From Burkholderiaceae bacterium (GTDB taxonomy: Bacteria > Pseudomonadota > Gammaproteobacteria > Burkholderiales > Burkholderiaceae_B), in contig SCSG01000020.1 of the NCBI GenBank assembly GCA_004322135.1, positions 192,498 to 256,497 of the forward strand: DNA of 64,000 bases. The letters are read 5' to 3'. The notes under the pieces are model-generated. The model was not told where the DNA came from. It saw nothing but the letters and a program-made list of their open reading frames with translations, and searched no databases. Within the stretch, counting starts at the first letter, position 1. Each line of letters begins with the position of its first letter. This document shows positions 51,718-62,084 of this stretch, one piece after another. The position numbers and the translations under genes are program-made.

Positions 51718-53079
51718 CTACAGACGGTCAAGGAGTTTCTGGTGGATCCCGCCGAACCCGCCATTGCTCATGACAAGGATCGAGTCGCCGGCCCGGGCGA
51801 AGGCGACGATGGCCGCAATCATCTGGTCCAGATCGCTGTACGACGAAGCCCGTTTTCCCAGCGGGGCAAGAGCCTGGTCCGGATTCCAGCCCAGCGCGTG
51901 CTTGCCGCCGCTGGCGCCAAAGCAGAAAACCTGGTCGGCCCGTTCCAGCGCCTCGGGAAGTCGGGCGGCCATGACGCCCAGCTTCATGGTGTTCGAGCGG
52001 GGCTCGATCACCGCCAGTATCCGAGCCTTGCCAACCTGGCGGCGCAAGCCTTCAAGCGTGGTGGCAATGGCGGTTGGATGGTGGGCAAAATCGTCGTAGA
52101 TACGAATATTGTTTACCGTACCGCGTAATTCCAGGCGCCGTTTTACGCCCTGAAAGTGCGATAAAGCCTGCGTGCCCGTTCCGGGCGCCACGCCCACGTG
52201 TCTGGCCGCTGCCAGGGCTGCCAGAGCATTCATCTGGTTATGCCGGCCCGTCAGACCCCAAGCGACCGTGCCCACAGTCTCGCCGTTCAGTAGAACGTCG
52301 AAATGGTCTTCGTCGCCGTTTTCTCCTGCGCAGCGCCAGAGTCCGCCTGTACCGAAAGTTTCCACCGATGACCAGCAGCCGCGCGCCAGGACGCGATCCA
52401 GTGTGGTGTCGGGCTGCGGGCGGATGATAAGACCTTGTGCCGGAATTGTCCGCACGAAGTGGTGGAATTGCGTTTCGATGGCGTCCAGGTTGGGGAAAAT
52501 GTCGGCGTGATCGTATTCCAGGTTGTTAAGTACGGCGGTGCGTGGACGATAGTGGACGAACTTGGAGCGCTTGTCGAAGAACGCGGTGTCGTATTCATCC
52601 GCTTCGATGACGAACAGGTGGCGTTCGGGCGTGTAGCGCGCCGATACGTTCAGATCGGGGGCGACGCCGCCGATGAGGAAATTGGGTGCAAGCCCGGTGT
52701 ATTCGAGTATCCACGCCAGCATGGAACTGGTGGTGGTTTTGCCGTGCGTGCCGGCCACGGCCAGCACATGCTGGTTCTTTAATATGTGCTGGCCCAGCCA
52801 TTCGGGGCCTGACGTATAGGGCAAGCCTTCGTTAAGAATGGCTTCCATCAGCGGGTTACCGCGTGACACTACGTTGCCGATGACGAAGAGGTCCGGCTTC
52901 AGGTGCAGCTGGGCCGCGTCAAAGCCCTCGGTCAGGGGAATGCCCTGTTCCTCGAGTTGGGTGCTCATGGGTGGGTAGACCCCGGCATCGCATCCCGTCA
53001 CCGTATGACCGGCCGCACGCGCAATCAGTGCCAGTCCGCCCATGAACGTGCCGCAAATCCCCAGAATGTGTAGGTGCAT
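51718..53079 (-). CDS. mpl: UDP-N-acetylmuramate:L-alanyl-gamma-D-glutamyl-meso-diaminopimelate ligase
   Basis: MHLHILGICGTFMGGLALIA and Mur ligase P-loop GTHGKTTT. Confidence 0.92.
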   Translation of the reverse strand: MHLHILGICGTFMGGLALIARAAGHTVTGCDAGVYPPMSTQLEEQGIPLTEGFDAAQLHLKPDLFVIGNVVSRGNPLMEAILNEGLPYTSGPEWLGQHILKNQHVLAVAGTHGKTTTSSMLAWILEYTGLAPNFLIGGVAPDLNVSARYTPERHLFVIEADEYDTAFFDKRSKFVHYRPRTAVLNNLEYDHADIFPNLDAIETQFHHFVRTIPAQGLIIRPQPDTTLDRVLARGCWSSVETFGTGGLWRCAGENGDEDHFDVLLNGETVGTVAWGLTGRHNQMNALAALAAARHVGVAPGTGTQALSHFQGVKRRLELRGTVNNIRIYDDFAHHPTAIATTLEGLRRQVGKARILAVIEPRSNTMKLGVMAARLPEALERADQVFCFGASGGKHALGWNPDQALAPLGKRASSYSDLDQMIAAIVAFARAGDSILVMSNGGFGGIHQKLLDRL

Positions 53080-53362
53080 AGAATCCTCCAGCCGCTATTG
53101 TAGTCAGGCGGGCAGCCCCGGCTGTTGTGCCGTCGGTCGCGGCGGGTAACCGATGTTAAACTTTATGCGTATCGCTGTCTTATGATTGTTGCCGGCGGTA
53201 TATTGGCCAGGGTTGCGCATACATGCGGTGCCGGGGTACGGCTTCCGGGGTGTTGCGCCTTGCCTGACAAGCCCATGTATCCGAATTTAAGTGCACAAAC
53301 TAACCAAACAGGACACTGGCATGGCGGTGATGGGGGTTTGGTCTTGATAGGGCAGGTCTTGA

Positions 53363-53878
53363 ATGAAGCGACGTGATTTTCTGATCCGGGCAACGGCGGT
53401 GGCCGGCGCGGGCGTCGCGGTGGTGGGTGGTATATCTGGCCTGGTCTATGCAGGCAGGGCCAAGCCCGATCCGCTGTTCAACCAAAGCTTCCCCGATCTT
53501 TCGGGCAAGTCGGTTGCCATGCGTCAGTGGCTGGGTAAGCCGGTTGTCGTCAATTTCTGGGCTACCTGGTGCCCGCCTTGCGTGCGTGAAATGCCTGATC
53601 TTGAAGCATTGCACCAGCAGTACAAGTCTGTTCAGTTTGTGGGTCTGGGTGTTGATATGGCCAGTAATGTGCACGAATTTGTTCAGAAAGTGCATGTTTC
53701 TTATCCGTTGCTGCTGGTGGGCAATGGTGGCGTGGCGCTGATGCGCCCGCTGGGCAATTCGGCCGGAGGCCTGCCGTTTACCGTTGTGTTCGACGCGCAG
53801 GGCCACATCGTTCATCGTGTGTTGGGCCAGGTTAAACCACCTGTGCTGGCTCAAACGCTTGGAAAGTTGTCCAGTTAG
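53363..53878 (+). CDS. TlpA-like periplasmic thiol:disulfide oxidoreductase
   Basis: WATWCPPC active site and an N-terminal KRRDFLIRATAVAGAGVAVVGG signal/anchor. Confidence 0.82.
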   Translation: MKRRDFLIRATAVAGAGVAVVGGISGLVYAGRAKPDPLFNQSFPDLSGKSVAMRQWLGKPVVVNFWATWCPPCVREMPDLEALHQQYKSVQFVGLGVDMASNVHEFVQKVHVSYPLLLVGNGGVALMRPLGNSAGGLPFTVVFDAQGHIVHRVLGQVKPPVLAQTLGKLSS

Positions 53879-54034
53879 CTGTGCCGTGCCCCCGCTTGAG
53901 GCGGCAAGGTTCGAGCAGGGATCCATTTTCAGCAGGGATCCCGTGTACCGGGTTTCATAGAGTTGGGCGCTCTTATTAGACAAATACCGGTTTTTAGCGT
54001 AAAAAGGCGGTCTGTCGATGATTAAGTTTTTATA

Positions 54035-54469
54035 ATGGCGCAACACATACTTGTATTGCAGGGCCCAAATCTCAATTTGCTTGGCACCCGCGAGCCGGAT
54101 GTCTATGGCCGACAAACTTTAGCCGAAATTAACGCAAATTTGCAGAAATTAGCGGCTGAACGCAATGCGCTGTGCGAAGTTTTTCAAAGCAACCACGAAG
54201 GTGAGCTGGTCGATCGCATTCAGTCGGCGCGTCTCGAGTCTGTCGACTACATACTTATCAACGCGGGTGCCTTTACGCATACCAGTGTCGCCATTCGTGA
54301 TGCCCTGGCAGCGGTAGCCATTCCGTTCATTGAAGTGCATTTGTCCAATGTGTATCGGCGCGAGACCTTCCGCCATCACTCTTACCTGTCCGATCTGGCT
54401 CAGGGCGTGGTGGTGGGGCTGGGAGCTTTTGGTTATGAAGCGGCCTTGACTTACGCACTTGGGCATTGA
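54035..54469 (+). CDS. aroQ: type II 3-dehydroquinate dehydratase
   Basis: [28 protein letters not shown] and EVHLSN. Confidence 0.96.
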   Translation: MAQHILVLQGPNLNLLGTREPDVYGRQTLAEINANLQKLAAERNALCEVFQSNHEGELVDRIQSARLESVDYILINAGAFTHTSVAIRDALAAVAIPFIEVHLSNVYRRETFRHHSYLSDLAQGVVVGLGAFGYEAALTYALGH

Positions 54470-54544
54470 AAGGGCGTCGAGCCATTTTTATTAATATTTC
54501 GTTCGCTGTACGCGTGGTGCGCGGTGAACCACTGGGAACTCTGC

Positions 54545-54985
54545 ATGGACCTGAGAAAACTGAAAACGCTTATCGACCTGGTGGCCGAGTCCGGCATAGC
54601 CGAGCTTGAGATTACCGAGGGCGAAGGCAAGGTACGGATAGTCAAATTTTCCCAACAGCAGCAGCCGGTGCTTTATGCTCCCGCGCCTGCCGCCCCGGCC
54701 GCCGCGGCCACGCCAGCGGCGGCGGTTGCACCGGCCGAGGTCCAGCCCGAAGGGCATCTGGTCAAGGCACCCATGGTCGGTACCTTCTATCGCGCGCCAA
54801 ACCCGGGGGCTTCACCTTTTGTCGAGGTGGGTCAGTCGGTCAAAGAAGGTGAGCCTATCTGCATCATCGAGGCAATGAAGCTGCTTAACGAGATCGAAGC
54901 CGACAAGGCTGGCGTCATCAAGGAAATTCTGGTTGAAAGCGGTGAGCCGGTCGAGTACGGCCAACCCTTATTTGTAATTGGCTGA
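54545..54985 (+). CDS. accB: acetyl-CoA carboxylase biotin carboxyl carrier protein
   Basis: [13 protein letters not shown], an Ala/Pro linker and biotinylation motif [11 protein letters not shown]. Start trimmed to 54545. Confidence 0.95.
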   Translation: MDLRKLKTLIDLVAESGIAELEITEGEGKVRIVKFSQQQQPVLYAPAPAAPAAAATPAAAVAPAEVQPEGHLVKAPMVGTFYRAPNPGASPFVEVGQSVKEGEPICIIEAMKLLNEIEADKAGVIKEILVESGEPVEYGQPLFVIG

Positions 54986-54988
54986 TTC

Positions 54989-56350
<1,362 letters not shown>

Positions 56351-56398
56351 AACTTTGGGCATCTGGGCATTGCCGTCCGGTGCCTGCTGGAAGAAATT

Positions 56399-57322
56399 AT
56401 GCGTGAACTCGTGCTCCATTGTCCGGAGGCACAGGCCGAAGCGCTTTCAGAGGCGCTGCTCGACGCGGGCGTGTTGTCTGTGTCGGTCGAAGACGCCGAA
56501 AGCGACACCCAGGCCGAACAGCCTTTGTTCGGTGAGCCAGGCAGCGAGCCCGAAGTTCAGGCGTGGCGCTACAACCGCATGGCGGCCCTGCTTGCCGATG
56601 GTGCCGATCCCGCACAAATACTCGAGCATGTTCACGTGGTCGGCGGAATCAATTATTCCGATCGTGACTGGTCAGTGCGTGAGGTTTCCGACGCCGACTG
56701 GGTCAGGTTGACACAAGAACAGTTTGGGCCGATACAGATCGGTGAACGAGTATGGATAGTTCCAAGCTGGCATCGTGACGATCCTGCCGTTCCGACCCGG
56801 GCCGAATCTTCGGTGGCGAACGGCCCTGTGCGTCTGCAGCTTGATCCGGGCCTGGCTTTTGGCACCGGCAGTCACCCCACGACGCGCTTGTGCCTGGAGT
56901 GGCTGGAAGCCAACTTGCGCTCGGGCGAAACGCTGCTTGATTACGGGTGCGGGTCTGGAATTCTGGCGATTGCCGCAAAGATGCTGGGCGCGGGGCCGAC
57001 GCTGGCCGTCGATATTGACGGTCAAGCGGTTCTTTCCACGCGCTATAACGCGCAGGTGAACCAGGTTGACGTGCGGGCCATGCTGCCTGCGGAACTGGAA
57101 GCAGGCCAGTATGACCTTGTCGTGGCCAATATTCTGTCCAACCCCCTGAAAGTTCTGGCACCCATGCTGGCGGCACGACTTCAGTCAGGTGGCCGACTGG
57201 TTCTTTCTGGCATACTGGAGCGGCAGGCTGACGAAGTGGCGCGGGCTTACGCGCCCTGGCTTGGCATGAGTGTATGGCAGGCCCGCGAGGGCTGGGTTTG
57301 CCTGCATGGACGACGCGCCTGA
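56399..57322 (+). CDS. prmA: ribosomal protein L11 methyltransferase
   Basis: LDPGLAFGTGSHPTT and the SAM motif LDYGCGSGILAI. Confidence 0.92.
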   Translation: MRELVLHCPEAQAEALSEALLDAGVLSVSVEDAESDTQAEQPLFGEPGSEPEVQAWRYNRMAALLADGADPAQILEHVHVVGGINYSDRDWSVREVSDADWVRLTQEQFGPIQIGERVWIVPSWHRDDPAVPTRAESSVANGPVRLQLDPGLAFGTGSHPTTRLCLEWLEANLRSGETLLDYGCGSGILAIAAKMLGAGPTLAVDIDGQAVLSTRYNAQVNQVDVRAMLPAELEAGQYDLVVANILSNPLKVLAPMLAARLQSGGRLVLSGILERQADEVARAYAPWLGMSVWQAREGWVCLHGRRA

Positions 57323-57345
57323 AGGCGCGGCTATCGGGTATATCT

Positions 57346-58386
57346 ATGGATTTGAAGACCAAGTGCGTGCGCTGCGGTACCGTGTTTCCCGTGAGCATGG
57401 ATCAGTTGCAGTTGCGCAAGGGGTATATACGCTGTGTGAGCTGCGGAAATATTTTTGATGGCTACGCGGCGGTGGTCCCGGAAGAGGCCGCCGCTGCCAG
57501 TCCGCCTGCAGCCGGCTTGCCTGCTGCAGGCGCGCAAGCGCCCAGCGTGGTTCGTCAGCGCATGCCGCGTGCGGGGCAGCGGGCCGGCGTGCGCGTACCG
57601 GTGGAGCCCAGCCTTGGTGCCGATCGGGAAGAACCGGACGATAGTGCGACTGTCCCCGGCATTTACGTTGAGCCGCGCAGAGCAAGCTCGTCGGGCCGGA
57701 TCGAACCGGCTGCAACGGATGTTGATGCCGATCCTGCCATCTACGTAGAGCCCGCATCGTACGCTGACACTTTCCCCTATACGAACGCACCCGAGCCCGG
57801 GTCCGCGCATGGGGCGTTCAGCATCCCCGTGGACAGCACGGATGTCCTGCCTGATTTTCTGCGGACGCGTCGTCAGCACCGTCGCGGCATTGCCCATTTT
57901 TTCTGGAGCGTGCTCGTCCTGGCCGGGCTGGTCTTGCTGGCGGCGCAATTGATCTTTGTGTATCGGACTCAAATTGCAAACGATGCGCCACTGTTGCGGC
58001 CCGTGCTTGAGCAGGCCTGTGTCTCACTACGGTGCAAGGTGGGTTATTCGCACCGTATCGAGCGCATTGCCATTATGGATTCTTCGCTGCAGGCCGTGAC
58101 CAGTGATCGGTCTGTGCCCAATGAAAACACCATGCAGTTGCGGGTCGTGCTGCGCAACAGTTATGACAAGCCTCAGGCCTGGCCGTCACTGGTGCTCGAT
58201 CTGATTGATTTTTCGGGCTCTATTGTCGTCAGGCGCCGGCTGTATCCCCAGGATTATTTGCCCGCCGACAATCTGAAAGGGCCCTTTGCCGCAGGAAGCG
58301 AGGTGCGAATCATGGTGCCAATAACGGTGTCCGGTGTGAAGATCAATGGTTATCAACTTGGTAAATTTTACGCTCCAGAAGGATAG
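57346..58386 (+). CDS. MJ0042-type zinc-ribbon / DUF3426 membrane protein
   Basis: N-terminal CxxC...CxxC ribbon (KCVRCGTVF...IRCVSCGNIFDG), a Pro/Ala-rich linker, one TM helix and a C-terminal DUF3426-like beta domain. Start trimmed to the ATG at 57346. Confidence 0.72.
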   Translation: MDLKTKCVRCGTVFPVSMDQLQLRKGYIRCVSCGNIFDGYAAVVPEEAAAASPPAAGLPAAGAQAPSVVRQRMPRAGQRAGVRVPVEPSLGADREEPDDSATVPGIYVEPRRASSSGRIEPAATDVDADPAIYVEPASYADTFPYTNAPEPGSAHGAFSIPVDSTDVLPDFLRTRRQHRRGIAHFFWSVLVLAGLVLLAAQLIFVYRTQIANDAPLLRPVLEQACVSLRCKVGYSHRIERIAIMDSSLQAVTSDRSVPNENTMQLRVVLRNSYDKPQAWPSLVLDLIDFSGSIVVRRRLYPQDYLPADNLKGPFAAGSEVRIMVPITVSGVKINGYQLGKFYAPEG

Positions 58387-58388
58387 AT

Positions 58389-59330
58389 ATGTCTGAAAAA
58401 GTACTCGTGTGTGGTTCCGTGGCGTTCGATACGATTGCTGTTTTTGAAGGCCATTTCAAAGATCACATACTGGCCGACAGCATCCAGTCGTTGAGTGTGT
58501 CGTTTTTTGTGCCGACGATGCGCAAAGAGTATGGCGGGTGTGCCGGCAACATTGCGTACAACTTGAAGCTTCTGGGTGCGGATCCGGTGCCGGTGGGCAC
58601 GGTGGGTGCCGATGCGGCGGATTACCTCGCTTACTTCCAGAACCTTGGCATCGATACGAGCATGATCCACGTCATTCCCGAAATGTTTACACCGCAGTGC
58701 TTCATTACCACTGACCTGGACAATAATCAGATCGCCTCTTTCCATCCGGGGGCCATGCTGCGCTCGGCAGAAAACGATTTGACCGGCGCGCTCGCAGCGT
58801 GGGCCATTGTGGCCCCCGACTCCAAGGACGGCATGTTTGCACATGCGCGTCGCCTCAAACAGCAAGGCATTCCATTCATCTTCGATCTGGGCCAGGCGAT
58901 GCCGCTATTTACAGGTGAAGATCTTGAAGAGATGCTGGCCATGGCTGATATTTTCACCGCCAACGACTACGAGGCAAGTGTGGTGGAGCAACGCACCGGG
59001 CGCAGCCCGGAACAGATGTCCGAGTCCATGAGGGCCGTGGTGGTAACGCGCGGGGCCGAGGGTGCCACACTGTATGTAAAGGGGGCAAAGACGCAGATTG
59101 CCCCCATCAAGGCGACGGCAATCGTCGATCCCACCGGCTGCGGCGATGCCCATCGCGCGGGCCTTTTGTATGGCCTTGCACGAAACTGGCGTCTGGAGCA
59201 GGCGTGCCAGTTGGCGAATGTGATGGGTGCCTTTAAAATCGCGTCACGTGGCCCTCAGAATCACAAGCCCGGTCGTGCTGAAATCGGCGCGTCGCTCAAG
59301 CAGCACTATGGAATTGAATTGCCCGTCTGA
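58389..59330 (+). CDS. PfkB-family carbohydrate/nucleoside kinase
   Basis: Ribokinase-fold motifs GGCAGNIAYNL and DPTGCGDAHRAG. Confidence 0.82.
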   Translation: MSEKVLVCGSVAFDTIAVFEGHFKDHILADSIQSLSVSFFVPTMRKEYGGCAGNIAYNLKLLGADPVPVGTVGADAADYLAYFQNLGIDTSMIHVIPEMFTPQCFITTDLDNNQIASFHPGAMLRSAENDLTGALAAWAIVAPDSKDGMFAHARRLKQQGIPFIFDLGQAMPLFTGEDLEEMLAMADIFTANDYEASVVEQRTGRSPEQMSESMRAVVVTRGAEGATLYVKGAKTQIAPIKATAIVDPTGCGDAHRAGLLYGLARNWRLEQACQLANVMGAFKIASRGPQNHKPGRAEIGASLKQHYGIELPV

Positions 59331-59368
59331 ACGCGGCGGGCAGGATGTAACGTCGCAAAGGAACACTT

Positions 59369-59872
59369 ATGACTACAGTTATGACAGCAATCCCCAGCAG
59401 GTGTGTTTACCGGCTCGTTGCCGTGGCGGCCGTTGTCGGCATGTCGGTGGTTGTAGCCGGATGCGCAACGCCTTCGGCTTCCAGCTCCACCTACACCTAT
59501 GGCCAGGCACAGCAAGAGCAGATTGTGCGCATGGGCACGGTGGTGTCGGTTCGCCCCGTGACCATCCAGAACGACAGGTCCAGTGGTCTGGGTATGTTGG
59601 CGGGCGGCGCCCTGGGTGGTGTGCTGGGCAACTCTATGGGAGGTGGCACCGGCAAGGTCATCACTACGGTGGGCGGCGCGATTCTGGGCGGCCTCGCGGG
59701 CAATGCCGTCGAAAATCAGGTTGGAAAGACGCAGGGCCTTGAGATTACCGTACGCCTGGATAACGGGGAGACCCGTGTTGTGGCGCAGGCCGCCGATGTT
59801 TCGTTTAGTTCCGGCCAGCGCGTTCGTCTTATTAGCGGTAACGGCCCGACGCGCGTTGTACCAGTGTACTGA
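59369..59872 (+). CDS. glycine-zipper 2TM outer-membrane lipoprotein (SlyB/17-kDa-antigen-like)
   Basis: Lipobox VVAGC and Gly-zipper GMLAGGALGGVLGNSMGGGTG...GGAILGGLAGN. Confidence 0.78.
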   Translation: MTTVMTAIPSRCVYRLVAVAAVVGMSVVVAGCATPSASSSTYTYGQAQQEQIVRMGTVVSVRPVTIQNDRSSGLGMLAGGALGGVLGNSMGGGTGKVITTVGGAILGGLAGNAVENQVGKTQGLEITVRLDNGETRVVAQAADVSFSSGQRVRLISGNGPTRVVPVY

Positions 59873-59900
59873 TGCGGAAGCTATGCCGTCGTCGCGGCGG

Positions 59901-60455
59901 CTATATCGAGTAGATCAGGTTTTCGATCATCCTGATGACGACCTGCGCCACAATAAGCAATACCAGCGGCGAGAAATCCAGGCCGCCAGGCGTGGGCAGT
60001 ATTCTGCGGATCGGATCAAGAAGTGGTGCGGTCAGCGTCCGGAGTACGGGCATGATGGGCGCCAGCGGGTTGATCCATGACAGCACTGCCTGAATCAGCG
60101 TCATCCACAAGATAAGCGTGAAGATCCATTTCAGAACCGTCAGTGCGCCAGCAACTACCGTTGGCAGCAGTACTGCGGTAGGCGGCAGATCGCCGGAAGC
60201 GACCAGCCATTCGACAAGCAGGAAGACAAACGCAGTGAGCCAGCAGGCCAGCAGGCTGGGGAAGTCGTAACGATTGGTGGCGGGCACGATCTTTCTGATG
60301 GGCTGCACCAGCCAGTCGGTGATGCGGGTGACGGCCTGTGAATATGGGTTGAAAGGATGCAGGCGGACCGCATAGGCCCAGGCGCGGATAACTAGAGCAA
60401 TGCCGAACAGGGTGAAGGCAATGTTGACAATAAGGCGCAATGTGTCGCTAAGCAT
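59901..60455 (-). CDS. yggT: YggT family membrane protein
   Basis: 184 aa with two YGGT-type repeats (...PIRKIVP... and ...PIRRILPTPGGLDFSPL). Confidence 0.8.
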   Translation of the reverse strand: MLSDTLRLIVNIAFTLFGIALVIRAWAYAVRLHPFNPYSQAVTRITDWLVQPIRKIVPATNRYDFPSLLACWLTAFVFLLVEWLVASGDLPPTAVLLPTVVAGALTVLKWIFTLILWMTLIQAVLSWINPLAPIMPVLRTLTAPLLDPIRRILPTPGGLDFSPLVLLIVAQVVIRMIENLIYSI

Positions 60456-60530
60456 GGTTGTCGGTCAGGAATTGAACGCGGGCATGTAAAGAGGGCTCCA
60501 TTGTCGCATGGCTGAATGGTGTTCGCACAA

Positions 60531-60560
60531 ATAAAAAGCTGCCCGGCTTTGCCGGGCAGC
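60531..60560 (-). terminator. intrinsic terminator of the histone-H1-like gene
   Basis: Minus strand reads GCTGCCCGGC-aaag-GCCGGGCAGC (perfect 10-bp stem) followed by TTTTTATTT, starting 30 nt after the stop codon. Confidence 0.72.
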
Positions 60561-60589
60561 TGCAGTGTGGCATTACAGCGTGCAGGTGC

Positions 60590-61126
60590 TTACGGACGGC
60601 CACCTGTGGGAAAAGGCCACGAAGCCGCGGTATTTACCGTCGTGCGCGCGGCGGGTGCAGCAGCTTTGGCTTTGGTTGCCGTGGCGGCTGTCTTGGCGCT
60701 GGCTTTTTTGGGCGCCGCCTTTTTGGCGGGGGCTTTCTTGGCTGCGGCCTTTTTGGGCGCTGCTTTCTTGGCCGCCTTCTTGGCAGGAGCCTTTTTGGCC
60801 GTCGCTTTTTTAGCGGTGGCTTTCTTGGCTGTGGACTTCTTTGCTACGGCCTTTTTGGCAGTAGCTTTCTTGGCTGCTGCTTTTTTGGCCGGGGATTTCT
60901 TCGCTACTTTTTTGGCGGCGGCCTTTTTGGGGGCTGCCTTGCGTGCTACAGACTTCTTTGCCGCTTTCTTTACAGCTTTCTTTGCAACTTTTTTAACGGC
61001 CTTCTTTGCGACGGCTTTTTTGGCCGTGGCTTTCTTGGCGACTACTTTTTTAGCGGGTGCTTTCTTTACTGCTTTCTTTGCCGGTTTCTTTACAGCTTTC
61101 TTTGCAGCTTTTTTGGCTGTAGCCAT
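60590..61126 (-). CDS. Ala/Lys-rich histone H1-like nucleoid protein (BpH1/AlgP-like)
   Basis: 178 aa beginning [22 protein letters not shown]... and ending in the non-repeat tail ...[20 protein letters not shown] lies 8 nt upstream of the ATG at 61126. The 60516..61154(+) ORF is its mirror. Confidence 0.82.
   Translation of the reverse strand: MATAKKAAKKAVKKPAKKAVKKAPAKKVVAKKATAKKAVAKKAVKKVAKKAVKKAAKKSVARKAAPKKAAAKKVAKKSPAKKAAAKKATAKKAVAKKSTAKKATAKKATAKKAPAKKAAKKAAPKKAAAKKAPAKKAAPKKASAKTAATATKAKAAAPAARTTVNTAASWPFPTGGRP
60700..61120 (-). repeat. degenerate in-frame tandem repeats encoding (A/P/V/T)KKA(A/V) units
   Basis: On the plus strand, GCCTTTTTGG / GCTTTCTTGGC-type units recur every 12-15 nt. 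Confidence 0.8.
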
Positions 61127-61267
61127 AGTGATGCTCCTTGAGAATGAATCGTAAAGTAACGTCCATCCATTTGATATGGCCCCCAACGAAAATGTGCGAC
61201 CCATCTCAAATGGCACAAGCGTGCAAGATGCATTACACCGTGCACGCCTAGAGTCTAACTTAAGCGG

Positions 61268-61693
61268 TTACAGTATCCAAGCATTATTGATGACTTGAAG
61301 TGATTCCGGTTTGATATTCGATGAGTCGGTCTCGAAAAAGCTGCCTTCTTTTTTCGAATCGATCATCTTGGCGAACCACCGGAATGGATTTTCTTCGGGT
61401 AGGGATGGTGTCCGAGTGCTGATTTGTTGGCAGCGTTGATTGACGAAAATGCGCCATTGCGATTTGAATGTCGAGGCGCTCAGACTGACCACGCGGCATG
61501 GCACAGCATCTGCAACGTGAGCATATTCAAGGCTTGCAGCCATTTTGAAGAGATCGCGAATTTTTTTGCGGAAGGTTGATGTTCAAAAACTCGGGCTCTC
61601 AAGTTCGATCGTGTCGATCACATCGATGCCGTCGTTGCAGTGTGTGAGCTCGGCGTGAAGCATGTGCACGTCCTCTCCGTTAGGACTCATCAT
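61268..61693 (-). pseudogene. orphan reading frame interrupted by a single in-frame TGA (35-codon head plus 91-codon tail); family not recognised
   Basis: I translated codon by codon. ATGATG at 61693 runs to ...ELESPSF, then TGA (61583-61585), then TSTFRKKIRDLFK, then the ATG at 61543, which starts the 91-aa track ORF in the same frame. No convincing SD precedes either ATG. Local composition is AT-richer. Confidence 0.3.
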
Positions 61694-62084
61694 TTTGTTT
61701 TGATGACCCGATATAAATATTTGCGTAAAACCAACATAAAGGAATCAACGCGACGCCAGGTACGTAAAACGACGAGCGATTTATGCAGCACCTGATCGAC
61801 TTCAGGCGTGCCGGTTTTGAAGTTTTGGTCGGAGTGCTGGCGATCTTCCGGATGCGCCGAACGGCAAGCAAGCGTTCCAGTTTTGAATGTGATGCAAGGC
61901 GCAAGCTGCGGTGATGACGATGGGCATCACGAGGATTTGCAACGTTGCGGATCGCTGGTTTTGTTGAGGCATCGCTGGCTGAGGTGCACGTGTCGTTGCC
62001 AGGGCAACGCTTGCGAAAAATGCGAAATTGCCGTCGACAGCTTTCTAAATTTGTTGGATCAGCGCGCAGTCACTTTGCGCTAGT

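Noticed and set aside
60516-61154. A 212-aa plus-strand ORF rich in FLAAAF repeats that looks like a repetitive membrane protein.
   Set aside because: It is the exact mirror of the Ala/Lys histone-like gene, because GCC/AAG codons read in reverse give Phe/Leu/Ala. The minus-strand gene has the SD, the ATG and the terminator. The plus-strand frame has none of these.
61583-61585. The in-frame TGA could be a selenocysteine or programmed read-through codon.
   Set aside because: No SECIS-like hairpin follows the TGA (the downstream sequence ACATCAACCTTCCGCAAAAAAATT is unstructured). There is no Cys/redox motif context and no sel genes in the window. A nonsense mutation or two chance ORFs is more parsimonious.
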